A stretch of DNA of 64,000 nt from Podarcis muralis (GCF_964188315.1 NC_135658.1:98208001-98272000); one strand, 5' to 3'. Positions 53,156 through 63,676 are shown, counted from the stretch's first letter. Notes: a model not told the origin generated them from the letters alone. Numbers and translations are program-made.

Positions 53156-53799
53156 TAGTGCTAAGCAGATTGTTCCACAAGTGCAAGAAAAATCTCTCCC
53201 TCTCCCCCCTGCATTCCCTTTAAATCTGCCTGGGTTCGCCAAAAAAAACCTTCCAGAACAGATTTGGGGATGGCGCAGAGCACACATGGAGGGAGAAGTC
53301 CTCTTGCACTAGTTGTAATCCTTGCGCTAGCGCAATATGTAACTAAATACTGCTCAGTCTGTTATAGCTCTCTAGCGCCAGTCTTCCCGAATGAGAAGGG
53401 AAATCAGACAAGGCAGTCCTTAATGTATCCTGGTCCCAAACTATTTGCAACTTTAAGGGTCTTAAATGACACTCTGAATTGGGTTGAAAACTGGAAGCAG
53501 TCTGAGTGCATCCATTCCCAGAGAGCTTCTCAGCCTTATTCCAGCATCAGTCTATGAGCTGGTTCAAACCACAGAGCCCTTGACAATAGCTATGAAAATA
53601 ATTTAGCAGGTTGTTTTCTTTTGGGGGGGGATGTTATAGTGCCCCTGTCAGGACAGTTGTGTGCTGCCTTTGACCCCTTTAAGAGAAGCAGAGTTTGACA
53701 ACACTCTGGCACATGTAGCACGACAATGCTTTGTGGAAAGAGATCACCACCCATAGTACATCCTTTGCAAACTTTGTAAATGCTGTGATTTCCAGCATC

Positions 53800-53973
53800 T
53801 GCACAGACACGATTTCCGGCGTCTGCGCAGACACGATATATAGTGCCACGGAAGCGAGTCCCTGCGCAGTGCTGGTTTAGCGCAGCATGCGGGGACTCGC
53901 TGAGTGGGTGGCTCGGTTTGGGAGCGGCTCATGGGCCGCTTGTGGCCCATGGGCCTTACGTTGCTGACCCCTG
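53800..53973. mobile_element. Partial hAT MITE, same family as 47013-47263
   Basis: Shares GCCACGGAAGCGAGTCC and the right end GGGCCTTA.GTTGCTGACCCCTG. Left end missing. Confidence 0.75.
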
Positions 53974-54049
53974 CTCAATGACATAAAGTGTACTAGAGCC
54001 TGGATAGAGTAGTTCTTGGGATCCCAAGCACTGAATGCATCCCAAATTA

Positions 54050-54288
54050 CCATATATAAGATGCACCAGACCACAAGTTTTTGGAAGAGGAAAACAAGAA
54101 AAAAATAAATCTGAATCTCAGAAGCCAGAACAGCAAGAGGGATCGCTGCGCAGTGAAAGCAGCAACCCCTCTTGCTGTTCTGGCTTCTGGGATAGCTGCG
54201 CAGCCTGCATTCGCTCCATAAGACGCACACACATTTCCCCTTACTTTTTAGGAGGGAAAAAGTGAGTCTTATAGAGCAAAAAATACGG
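54050..54288. mobile_element. Same pogo-like MITE family as 9330-9588, opposite orientation
   Basis: Reverse-complement colinearity and TA flanks. Small deletion in the left TIR. Confidence 0.8.
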
Positions 54289-56231
54289 TACTTATGAGAT
54301 CTCAATGGGTCTACTCTGAGGAAAACAACCCATTCCTTAAAAAACAAAACAAACGTACAGAATATCTGTAGGTGATTCTGCTCCAGAGCTATCTCTCGCT
54401 GCTTTGGTGGTTCATAAGTATGTTTCTGTTCATTTGTTATATCTGAATAGAAAACTAGAAGGGTTTACACAGCTGGACAGCTACTGCAACATGATTGAAA
54501 GATTCATAGTCACCTGGGAAAATGAATTAAGGACTTTTTAAATATTTGGATGATCTTACTGGCAACTGTTTCTTGCTAAAACCCCTATCCTTAATAATAA
54601 TAAAAATAAAAAACTTGGCTCTCTCCAAAGTACGTTTTGTATAATGTGCTTGCCAGTTTGATCTTGCAATCTAAACAAACACAATGAATTTTGCCTATAT
54701 TTTGTGGAACATTCCCCCTCTAAATCAAAATCCTAGGCGCTTACATTGCGTTCCTATCAATTTACATTACAATAAGCCTTGCTTATTTTTGTAGCACATG
54801 GAAACTGTGTTTCCTGAAAGCCAGATTTTATTCAGCACAAGTTTACTTTATAGGACACAATAAATGAAAATACAATTCTCAGGAGTGTGTGTGTGTGTGG
54901 GGGGGGGCGTCTAAGAAGGAGAAGCAAGTTACTCAAAGCTGCCCCTTCTCACCCAAAATTGTGTGCATGAATGGGCCCTGTTTGCTAAAAAGCTCCCAGG
55001 TGTTCTAAATTCAGTAGCCTTTTTGTATTCATGTTTAAGTAACACAATAACTCAATAGATAACATAAAATAAAAATGAGAAGTGCTGATAACAGCACAAT
55101 AGGAACCAGAACTGTCTTGACAATCACTTAGCAGTGTAATTGTTGCTTGCTTCTCTAAACTGTAGTTGAGAACAGCTCCAGGGCTAATTTGGGATACAGA
55201 AATTTCCCTGTAATCTCTTGTCTCTCTGTGTATGTGTGTGCATACACAAACAGGACATTAATAGAAGCAAGGATCTCAGAACAGTAACTTAGTGGAAGAA
55301 AAATGATAATTACCTTGTGGCTGAATGTTTGAAGGAACTAAGCATTGTTCAAGAGCAAGTTTGTATTTAGAAGGTTGTAGCACATATGCAAAAAGGAAGA
55401 ATAAATTCTCCCTAGAAACATAATTCTGAAATTGCCTTATATAAAAAAGCAAAACAAGGAAGGAACTTGGCTAAAGGCAGTTTAACCAAAAAGCCTGCTT
55501 TCAACTTTTCAACTAGAAAGATGTTTGCTGTTCCCTGACAAAACAGAAAACCAATGTTAATAACCTCAGTGTTGTAGGAGAGCCAGAGGCCTTTCAAGAA
55601 TGCCTTCAGTCTACTAACTCAGGTAAATAACCTTTAGAAAGGTTCAGTAGTTTAATCGTGGTCGAGAACAACTCTAGTAAAAGGAGACGCAGCTATAGAA
55701 AAGCTGACAAACACCTTCACATGCCATGGGATTTCAGTATCAGAACAGATAAGCCTTTTTTAGGGAGCTGCACAGTTGATTAGATTAAATACAATGCAGT
55801 TTGACAGCTTTAGAATTTCACAGAACGCATGACGAGACTGGATATTCATTTTTTTAAACTATTTTTCTTTTTCAGTTAATACAAAACACAAAATGGAACA
55901 GAATAAAAAGGAAATCCCTCAACTGACCCAACTCCCCCACCCCCAATGGGTTGGATAGTCATGACAAAAAAGGAAAACATTTCAGAGATGAAATAGGTAT
56001 TTTGAGCATTGGCAATATTTAGTCCTGTTCATTCTACTCTTCATTTTTCTTTTTCTTTTTTAAAACTCCCAAATTTATATACCGCTTGGCTGTAATAAAA
56101 CCTCAAGTGACCTTTATTTTTTTAATATTTCTTATAAAAGCTGAATAAGTATCAAATATATTTAAAAGATAATTAAAAGTAACAATGTACTAAAAAGATT
56201 AAACACATCTGCATCTACATGTCTGGATCTA

Positions 56232-56426
56232 CAGTGGACCTTCTGGTTACGTACCACTCTGAATATGTAACTTTTGGGTTACGAATGCTGCAAACCCGGA
56301 AATGCATAATTTTGAGTTTCACCGCACGCTTTGCACATGTGCAGAAGCGCCGCCTCTGCCTACGAACTTTTCAGGTTGCGGACGGACCCCCGGAACGAAT
56401 TTAATTCGTATCTGGAGAGTCTACTA
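56232..56426. mobile_element. Diverged Tc1/mariner-Tigger-like MITE
   Basis: TA-CAGTGGACC left end. The right end CGGAACGAATTTAATTCGTA..GAGTCTACTA resembles the related MITEs. Confidence 0.6.
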
Positions 56427-56504
56427 TATATGTTTTAAGCAGGTAATGGAAAAGGTTTGTCCATAGACAGCTTTCTGGGTCACGTGGCCAGCATGCCTTT
56501 GACA

Positions 56505-56640
56505 AGACTTAACCATCCAGGGGAAAAGGTACAGTGAAGATGCCTGTCTGATGTCAATAGGCAAGGAGTTCCAAACTTTAGGTGCTGCCACACTGAAAGA
56601 CTGATTTCTTACATGTGCGGAATCAATATTAGGTGCTACC
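56505..56640 (-). mobile_element. L2-like ORF2 fragment
   Basis: Encodes SFSVAAPKVWNSLPIDIRQASSL. Confidence 0.6.
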
Positions 56641-56884
56641 TCTAAGTAGGGTGTGCTGAATTTTTCAACTTTCAAATTCCAGAAATAAGGGTTGTTAAAA
56701 AGTTGTAACATTACTTGGGAATTCAAAAGATATTCAATATAATTTAGTTTTGCTTGGTAAGTAAAATGCATGCAAAACTGCATAGAAATCATTAAAAAAA
56801 TGATTGCCAAGTTCTTCCAGTTATAAGGCTTTCCAGGGCAGGCAACTGGCCACTTTTTCAGACACTCACCCACAGTGAGCTTCT

Positions 56885-57942
56885 GTTGTTGATGTTGTTT
56901 AGTCATTTAGTTGTGTCCGACTCTTCGTGACCCCATGGACCAGAGCATGCCAGGCACTCCTGTCTTCCACTGCCTCCCACAGTTTGGTCAAACTCATGCT
57001 GGTAGCTTCGAGAACACTGTCCAACCATCTCGTCCTCTGTTGTCCCCTTCTCCTTGTGTCCTCCATCTTTCCCAACATCAGGGTCTTTTCCAGGGAGTCT
57101 TCACTTCTCATGAGATGGCCAAAGTCTTGGAGCCTCAGCTTCATGATCTGTCCATCCAGTGAGCACTCAGGGCTGATTTCCTTCAGAATGGATAGGTTTA
57201 ATCTTCTTGCAGTCCATGGGACTCTCAAGAGTCTCCTCCAGCACCATAATTCAAAAGCATTGATTCTTCGGCGATCAGCCTTCTTTATGGTCCAGCTCTC
57301 ACTTCCATACATCACTACTGGGAAAACCATAGCTTTAACTATATGGACCTTTGTTGGCAAGGTGATGTCTCTGCCACACTCTGCCAGTGTGGTGTAGTGG
57401 TTAAGAGTGGTAGTCACGTAATCTGGGTAACCGGGTTCGCGTCTCCGCTCCTCCACATGCAGCTGCTGGGTGACCTTGGGCCAGTCACACTTCTCTGAAG
57501 TCTCTCAGCCCCAGTCACCTCACAGACTGTTTGTTGTGGGGGAGGAAGGGAAAGGAGATTGTTAGCCGCTTTGAGACTCCTGAAGGGGAGTGAAAGGCGG
57601 GATATCAAATCCAAACTCTTCTTCTTCTTCTTCTTTTTAAGATGCTGTCTAGGTTTGTCATTGCTTTTCTCCCAAGAAGCAGGCATCTTTTAATTTCGTG
57701 ACTGCTGTCTCCATTTGCAGTGATCACGGAGCCCAAGAAAGTAAAATCTCTCACTGCCTCCATTTTCCCACCTTCTATTTGCCAGGAGGTGATGGGCCCA
57801 GTGGCCATGATCTTCGTTTTTTTGATGTTGAGCTTCAGACCATATTTTGCACTCTCCTCTTTCACCCTCATTAAAAGGTTATTTAATTCCTCCTCACTTT
57901 CTGCCATCAAAGTTGTGTCATCTGCATATCTGAGGTTGTTGA
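56885..57942 (-). mobile_element. Bov-B / RTE LINE 3' fragment interrupted by a SINE at 57375-57633
   Basis: 57942-57634 encodes NNLRYADDTTLMAESEEEL (RT YADD motif) and resumes in register at 57374 (RDITLPTKV...). (AAC)n-like tail. Confidence 0.92.
57375..57633 (+). mobile_element. tRNA-derived CORE SINE (Squam3-like) with (CTT)n tail
   Basis: Head GCCAGTGTGGTGTAGTGGTTAAGAG, CORE-like GCTGGGTGACCTTGGGCCAGTCAC and CTT tail. Family name is from recall. Confidence 0.75.
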
Positions 57943-58833
57943 GAGACCTTCTATCTCCCCAATATTCAGGCTCAGCTTATTTTGCATCATCCATAACTCC
58001 ACTGAATCCAGGCGCTGGTATTGGACGACCTCTCCTGATTCAGATATTATCCAGCTATTTCTATAGGGCTTATTATGGGGGAAGTTTTCGAGTGAGAGCT
58101 CCTTTGTAGAGGGTGCAGGGGACAAATGCTCCCCCACTTTCCTCTTTGGTATCACTGGAACTGGTTGTATTGCCTTGGTGGCTAAAGAGAGAAAAACAAA
58201 TGTTGATGAAAAATAGCCACAGCCCCTTTGCTGCTGAGAGAGTCCTCTAAAGGACATGTCTCCTGTGGGCAAGGAGCTGGGATGTCCTTGCTGCCACCAG
58301 CTGCTCTGAGAAGTGGCTTTTCTATTCCTCTCCTTGGGAATGTCTTTATGTCTTTAAGATCGTAAGTAGGTCTGACTACTGAATTTTGCAAGCCACTCTG
58401 GGAAGCTTTTTGGCTGAAGGGTTGGGTATAAACGCTTTAAACAAATAAGCAAATAAAGCAAGCAAGCACACCAGTCCTGGAAACTTCTTGTGCTGCTGCT
58501 GCCCATTCTCATTCTTCTCAGGAAGTATTTAATGGTGTGAGCAAGGGCGATGACAAGAAGTCCCCCCACCCAGTGGCCTCCAGAGAATGAGAAAATTAGC
58601 AAAAACAGCAGAAGCATCCAAACACTGTTGAAGACAGCACAAAGAGGGGGGGGGGGGAATCCTCCAAATGAGAGCAGCAATTGCAGCAGGAAGAGAAAGG
58701 ATGAAGTGCAAGGATGATCATGAGACTTAGAACATAGTATATCTGGGGGGCGAGGGAGAATGCTTTCTAAAATTGTCAAAACAAAAAAAATTCCTTCCAG
58801 TAGCACCTTAAAGACCAACTAAGTTAGTTCTTG

Positions 58834-58871
58834 GTATGAGCTTTCGTGTGCATGCACACTTCTTCAGATAC
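58834..58871 (-). ncRNA. Minimal type-I hammerhead ribozyme motif (inverted arm copy)
   Basis: Exact reverse complement of 59896-59933. Confidence 0.75.
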
Positions 58872-58903
58872 ACTGAAACAGAAGTTGCCAGATCCTTCTA
58901 TAC

Positions 58904-59745
58904 CAGTGTTTCCCAACCGGTGTTCCGCGGCACACTAGTGTGCCGCGAGACGTTGCCTGGTGTGCCGCGAGATGTTGCCTGGAGGGAGGCGGGCGAGTCG
59001 GGCGGCAAGAGGCGGGGCGGCGGCGGCGGCGAGGAGAGGCTGCCCAGCGCAGGGCTCTCGCCGTCTGCCTGCCTGGCTGCCTGCGTGGCGCTGACGTCAC
59101 GGGGCTGTAACGTGCTCCACACGCGGGGCGGCGAGCTCCCTCCCTCCCACATCCCATCGCCGCTCGCTTCGGCCGGCCTACTGGGCTGTCGCAGGCGGAA
59201 GGCCTGCACATGCGCGAGGTTTTCGCGCCTTCGGGATTCCCTTCACGCCTTCCTCCTCCCGGGTCCTTGAGAGCGCGGGAAGCGGCAGCGTGAGACCGGC
59301 GTTGAGCCTGGTAGGTATTGCGCTTGCCAAGGCAGTCATTTGGGAAATGAAAACTTGCAAAGCAAGCAACCAGTTCAATCTGAAGTACATGTATGCTTAA
59401 TATCCTGTATCTGAAACCTGTTCTGCCCCCTCCCCCACACTTGGTGCCATTTTCATCTACACATGCAGCAGAGTAAGTTGACCCAGAATAGTACCAATTC
59501 AGATGGCAGATGGGAGAATGACAGTGCTGAATGCTTTCCCATGTAGAACAGTCCCTGCAAATAAAAACCTAGCATATTTGGAAGAGGGATGCTAGCCTAA
59601 CCATTACCTTCTATGCTGTTACTATTTTTTTATTTTTTTTTACATAAGTAAAAAGTGACCTTTCCCCATCTGGCATGGTGGTGTGCCTCGAGATTTTTTT
59701 CATGAAACAAGTGTGCCTTTGCCCAAAAAAGGTTGGGAAACACTG
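58904..59745. mobile_element. Non-autonomous hAT (Charlie-like) DNA transposon, 842 bp
   Basis: 15-bp TIR CAGTGTTTCCCAACC, perfect 8-bp TSD TTCTATAC (58896-58903 and 59746-59753), CpG-rich left interior. Confidence 0.9.
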
Positions 59746-59895
59746 TTCTATACAGTGAGAAGGTGGGGAGGGGTATTACTCAGAAGGGTGGTGGGAATGG
59801 GTGATTGGCAGATGGGTGATTCCCACCACCCTTCTGAGTAATACCCCTCCCCACCTTCTCACTATATAGAAGGATCTGGCAACTTCTGTTTCAGT

Positions 59896-59933
59896 GTATC
59901 TGAAGAAGTGTGCATGCACACGAAAGCTCATAC
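59896..59933 (+). ncRNA. Minimal type-I hammerhead ribozyme motif (Penelope pLTR)
   Basis: GTAT-CTGAAGA-A-GTGTGCATGCACAC-GAAA-GCTC-ATAC. This gives stem I GUAU/AUAC, a CUGANGA box, hairpin stem II, a GAAA box and palindromic AGCU stem III. Predicted cut after 59929. Confidence 0.75.
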
Positions 59934-61118
59934 CAAGAACTAACTTAGTTGGTCTTTAAGGTGCTACTGGAAGGAATTTTTTTTGTTTTGACTATGGCAG
60001 ACCAACACGGCTACCTATCTGTAACTAAAATTGTCAAAATAAGGATCACAGAAACAGCAGGCTGCCCACTCCACTTTCCTTGAATATACAACCTGAGAAA
60101 CACCTGGAAGCCCATATACTACATTCTGAATGTGAGTCGGCCTAATAAAATGCATTCCCTGTGTCTTTTGTGAAATGCAGAGTAGTCTTTCAGGAGTTCA
60201 ATAAAAAGGAAATGTGTGACTGGAAACTTATCAGACCACACAAGCCTCGGAGAAAGAAAGAAACACTTTTCAAGGCCTGTGAAACATTCTTGGATCTCAC
60301 ACAAAGGTTTATTTTAATTCAATCTGAATCTGGCCCTAAATTGCCCATGTAGAACAATATAAAAACATATGTAATCTGTCAAGTGTATTCAAGCAAGTGT
60401 ATTATCCACTGTGTAGCCAGACAACGGTTCAAAAAAACAGTGTAGCTGTGACTCTAGTATAGAAAAGGGAAAAGTCAAGAGGCAAGAGGTTTGCTGAGTG
60501 CCGCGGAAGGTAAGCTTTTTCAGACTGAGACCTTTTGCCTTTTGGCATGTATTTTATGTAATAAATACTGTTATCTGCACAGAGCATCTGGGACAGAATG
60601 AGCTATTATTCTCTCCCCAACTCTGCCCTGCTTCACTCCAGGGTTTCCTCCAGGAAACATAAACCACCCCAGTTGTGCCGAGCTCTGATAAGGCAAGAAA
60701 AGGCCGCTGGCAGCCTTTCTTGACAGTTTACCCAAAGCACTTCTGAACTTGCTTTTATCTGCCCCTTAAAACTACCTGCCTGCTTCTTGCATCTTTCTCA
60801 GACTCTTAGGGGGCAATCCTATGGCAAGATCTGCTGGGATGAACAGCTTACGATGGCTTAGCTGGATGATTCCTGTCTCAGCTGGCATTAAGTCATCAAC
60901 CCTGGCTCAGTCAAAGACACGCCACTGCAACTTGCTCAGCCAGGCCATTCTTAGGCAGAGCAACAGCAGCAGCTACCCCACTGCCCGGGGGTGCCTGTCC
61001 CCCCTGCGGAAGCCTCGCTTACCGGGGTCGCACAGTGGAGGCTTCTGGCAAGATCTTGCTGGAATTCTCACGAGAGCTCATTGCTGCCATAGAAAAAAAA
61101 TTGTCCAGTAGCACCTTA

Positions 61119-61450
61119 AAGGCCAGTCATGTCCGACTCTAGGGTTGTGCGCCCATCTCACTTAAGAGGCCGGGGGCCAGCGCTGTCCGGAGATGCTTCC
61201 GAGTCACGTGGCTAGCGTGACGAAGCTGCTCTGGCGAGCCAGCGCAGCACACGGAACGCTGTTTACCTTCCTGCTATAAAGCGGTACCTATTTATCTACT
61301 TTCACTTAGGGGTGCTTTCGAACTGCTAGGTGGGTAGGAGCTGGGACCGAAAGACGGGAGCTCACCCCGCCGCGGGGATTCAAACCGCCGACCATACGAT
61401 CGGCAAGCCCTAGGCGCTGAGGTTTTACCCACAGCGCCACCCGCGTCCCT
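61119..61450 (-). mobile_element. Sauria SINE, subtype 2, nested in Penelope insertion 2
   Basis: 13-bp TSD CAGTAGCACCTTA (61106-61118 and 61451-61463), derived from Penelope sequence. Confidence 0.9.
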
Positions 61451-61486
61451 CAGTAGCACCTTAGAGACCAGCTAAGTTTGTTCTTG

Positions 61487-61524
61487 GTATGAGCTTTCGT
61501 GTGCATGCACACTTCTTCAGATAC
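61487..61524 (-). ncRNA. Minimal type-I hammerhead ribozyme motif (Penelope insertion 2)
   Basis: Same 38-nt motif as the other two, in the sense orientation of the element. Confidence 0.75.
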
Positions 61525-61645
61525 ATTGAAACAGAAGTCACCAGACCTTTATATATAGTGAGAGGGTAGGGAGGGGGTATTACTCAGAAGGGTGGTGGGA
61601 ATGGGTGATTGGCTGATAGGTGTGGTAGACCTGTTGACAACTGTT

Positions 61646-62137
61646 GTTGTTGTTTAGTCGTATCCGATTCTTCGTGACCCCATTGAACAGAGCACGCCAG
61701 GCACTCCTGTCTTCCACTGCCTCCCGCAGTTTGGACAAACTCATGCTGGTAGTTTCAAGAACACTGTCCAACCATCTCGTCCTCTGTCGTCCCCTTCTCC
61801 TTGTGCCCTCCATCTTTCCCAACATCAGGGTCTTTTCCAGGGAGTCTTCTCTTCTCATGAGGTGGCCAAAGTCTTGGAGCCTCAGCTTCACGATCTGTCC
61901 TTCCAGTGAGCACTCAGGGCTGATTTCCTTCAGAATGGATCGGTTTGATCTTCTTGCAGTCCATGGGACTCTCAAGAGTCTCCTCCAGCACCATAAGTCA
62001 AAAGCATCAATTCTTCGGCAATCGGCCTTCTTTATGGTCCAGCTCTCACCTCCATACATCACTACTGGGAAAACCATAGCTTTAACTATACGGACCTTTG
62101 TTGGCAAGGTGATGTCTCTGCTTTTTAAGAAGTTGTC
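61646..62137 (-). mobile_element. Bov-B / RTE LINE 3' fragment nested in Penelope insertion 2
   Basis: ORF LKSRDITLPTKVRIVKAMVFPVV... TSD GTTGAC(A/G)ACTGTT at 61633-61645 and 62138-62150. Confidence 0.92.
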
Positions 62138-62865
62138 GTTGACGACTGTTAATGACTGCAATTGGTCTTACAGGAAAAAGCAAGGGATGAGATGGCCAAA
62201 AATAGCTTTATCATGTAAAATGAGATAAGAATCCAATGTCTCTATTCAGACCAGGTCTCTCCATGGTTTTAAGTTTGGTAATTAGTTGTAATTCAGCAAC
62301 TTAATTCAGTTGTAATTCATTGCTGCCATGTGACTCTAACACAGTGGAGGGATTTTTAAAAGCACTGGTGATACAATGGTTCCCTGTGGTGGGATGATGA
62401 TGATGATGATTAATTTCATTTCTATACCACTTCATATTTTAAAGGGAAAAAAATCTCAAAGCAGTTTACAACAACATTAAAACATCAAATAAAACAATCC
62501 AGAGTAAAACATTACTGAAGAAAGTAAAATATAAAGTATATACATTCAAAGCAACATAATTAACGGGAAACTAAAATATTATCTTAAGCATTTCAAATGA
62601 AAACTTTACTAAAGGAAGTAAAATATAAAATGCACATTTAAAACAGCACAATTAACAAGAGGACAATCTATTATCAAGAGCATAGAACATATCTGTTGCT
62701 GTTGCTGCCAATCCTGCCACGGTGGTTCATGGCAGGCGGCGGCTGTAGAAGCTCAAGCCTGATGAAATGGGTTTGCACTAAGAGACGGCCAAGATGGTAT
62801 ATCACAGCATAAACACAATGGGACCAAGAAATCTTACTGCTTCATTAACAGTGCAATCCTATATA

Positions 62866-63222
62866 AGGTAAAGGTACCCCTGCCCTTTCGGGCCAGTCTT
62901 GACAGACTCTAGGGTTGTGCGCCCATCTCACTCAAGAGGCCAGGGGCCAGCGCTGTCCGCAGACACTTCCGGGTCACGTGGCCAGCGTGACAAAGCTGCA
63001 TCTGGTGAGCCAGAGCCGCACACGGAAACGCCGTTTACCTTCCTGCTAGTAAGCGATCCCTATTTATCTACTTGCACCCGGGGGTGCTTTCGAACTGCTA
63101 GGTTGGCAGGCGCTGGGACCGAGCAACAGGAGCGCACCCCGCTGTGGGGATTCGAACCGCCGACCTTTCGATCGGCAAGCCCTAGGCGCTGAGGCTTTTA
63201 CCCACAGCGCCACCCGCGTCCC
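62866..63222 (-). mobile_element. Sauria SINE, subtype 2
   Basis: 13-bp TSD GCAATCCTATATA. Confidence 0.92.
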
Positions 63223-63589
63223 ACAGCAATCCTATATATGTCCACTCAAAAGTAGGCCTGGTTGTGTTCAGTGGATGGCAACCTAAGTTACTTTCATATC
63301 CGTAAAGACTTGTACTGTAATGGTGTGATACTTTTTCTAATACTGTAAGTGTTTACGACACAGAGTTTTCCAGGAGTGATAAAGGAAGTTTAGCTTGACG
63401 GTGTCAACAATAACATTCAATAACCCCATTATAAGGTACAACCTAACAGGAGTGCCAACTTCGCCCCGTGATCATGGGTGCCATGCAGATTGCATGGCCC
63501 TGGCACTGAAACTTGTGGGTGCCCGGCCCCTTCATGGGGAATTTTGTGGGTGCTCAGGCACCCAGGGCCTCATGCAACCTAACATGGGA

Positions 63590-63634
63590 GTCAAGTAATT
63601 TCGTTGTCCCCGAAGGGGGCAATGACAATAAAGA

Positions 63635-63676
<42 letters not shown>
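63590..63676 (+). mobile_element. Rex1/Babar-like LINE 3' end with (TAT)14 tail
   Basis: AATTTCGTTGT..CAATGACAATAAAG stem-loop end followed by a microsatellite. Confidence 0.5.

Larger units (their letters stand above)
58782..60024 (+). mobile_element. Penelope-like retroelement insertion 1, with inverted 5' arm (fold-back), interrupted by a hAT element
   Basis: 15-bp TSD CTAAAATTGTCAAAA at 58767-58781 and 60025-60039. 174-bp inverted arms. Sequence shared with insertion 2, which carries the ORF C-terminus. Confidence 0.85.
61091..62316 (-). mobile_element. Penelope-like retroelement insertion 2 (5'-truncated), hosting a Sauria SINE and a Bov-B
   Basis: 13-bp TSD TCATTGCTGCCAT at 61078-61090 and 62317-62329. 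Minus strand 62300-62211 encodes VAELQLITKLKTMERPGLNRDIGFLSHFT*, resembling the end of the Penelope GIY-YIG endonuclease. Confidence 0.85.

Noticed and set aside
55312-55360. Possible further PIBF1 exon (donor-like CAAG|GTAATT)
   Set aside because: Translation does not resemble the expected upstream PIBF1 exon (..DLEQLLNHRE). That exon is probably beyond the window.
56899-58109. ORFs of 100-194 aa here and at 32.3-32.9 and 61.6-62.2 kb as host genes
   Set aside because: They are Bov-B ORF2 remnants or their antisense frames.
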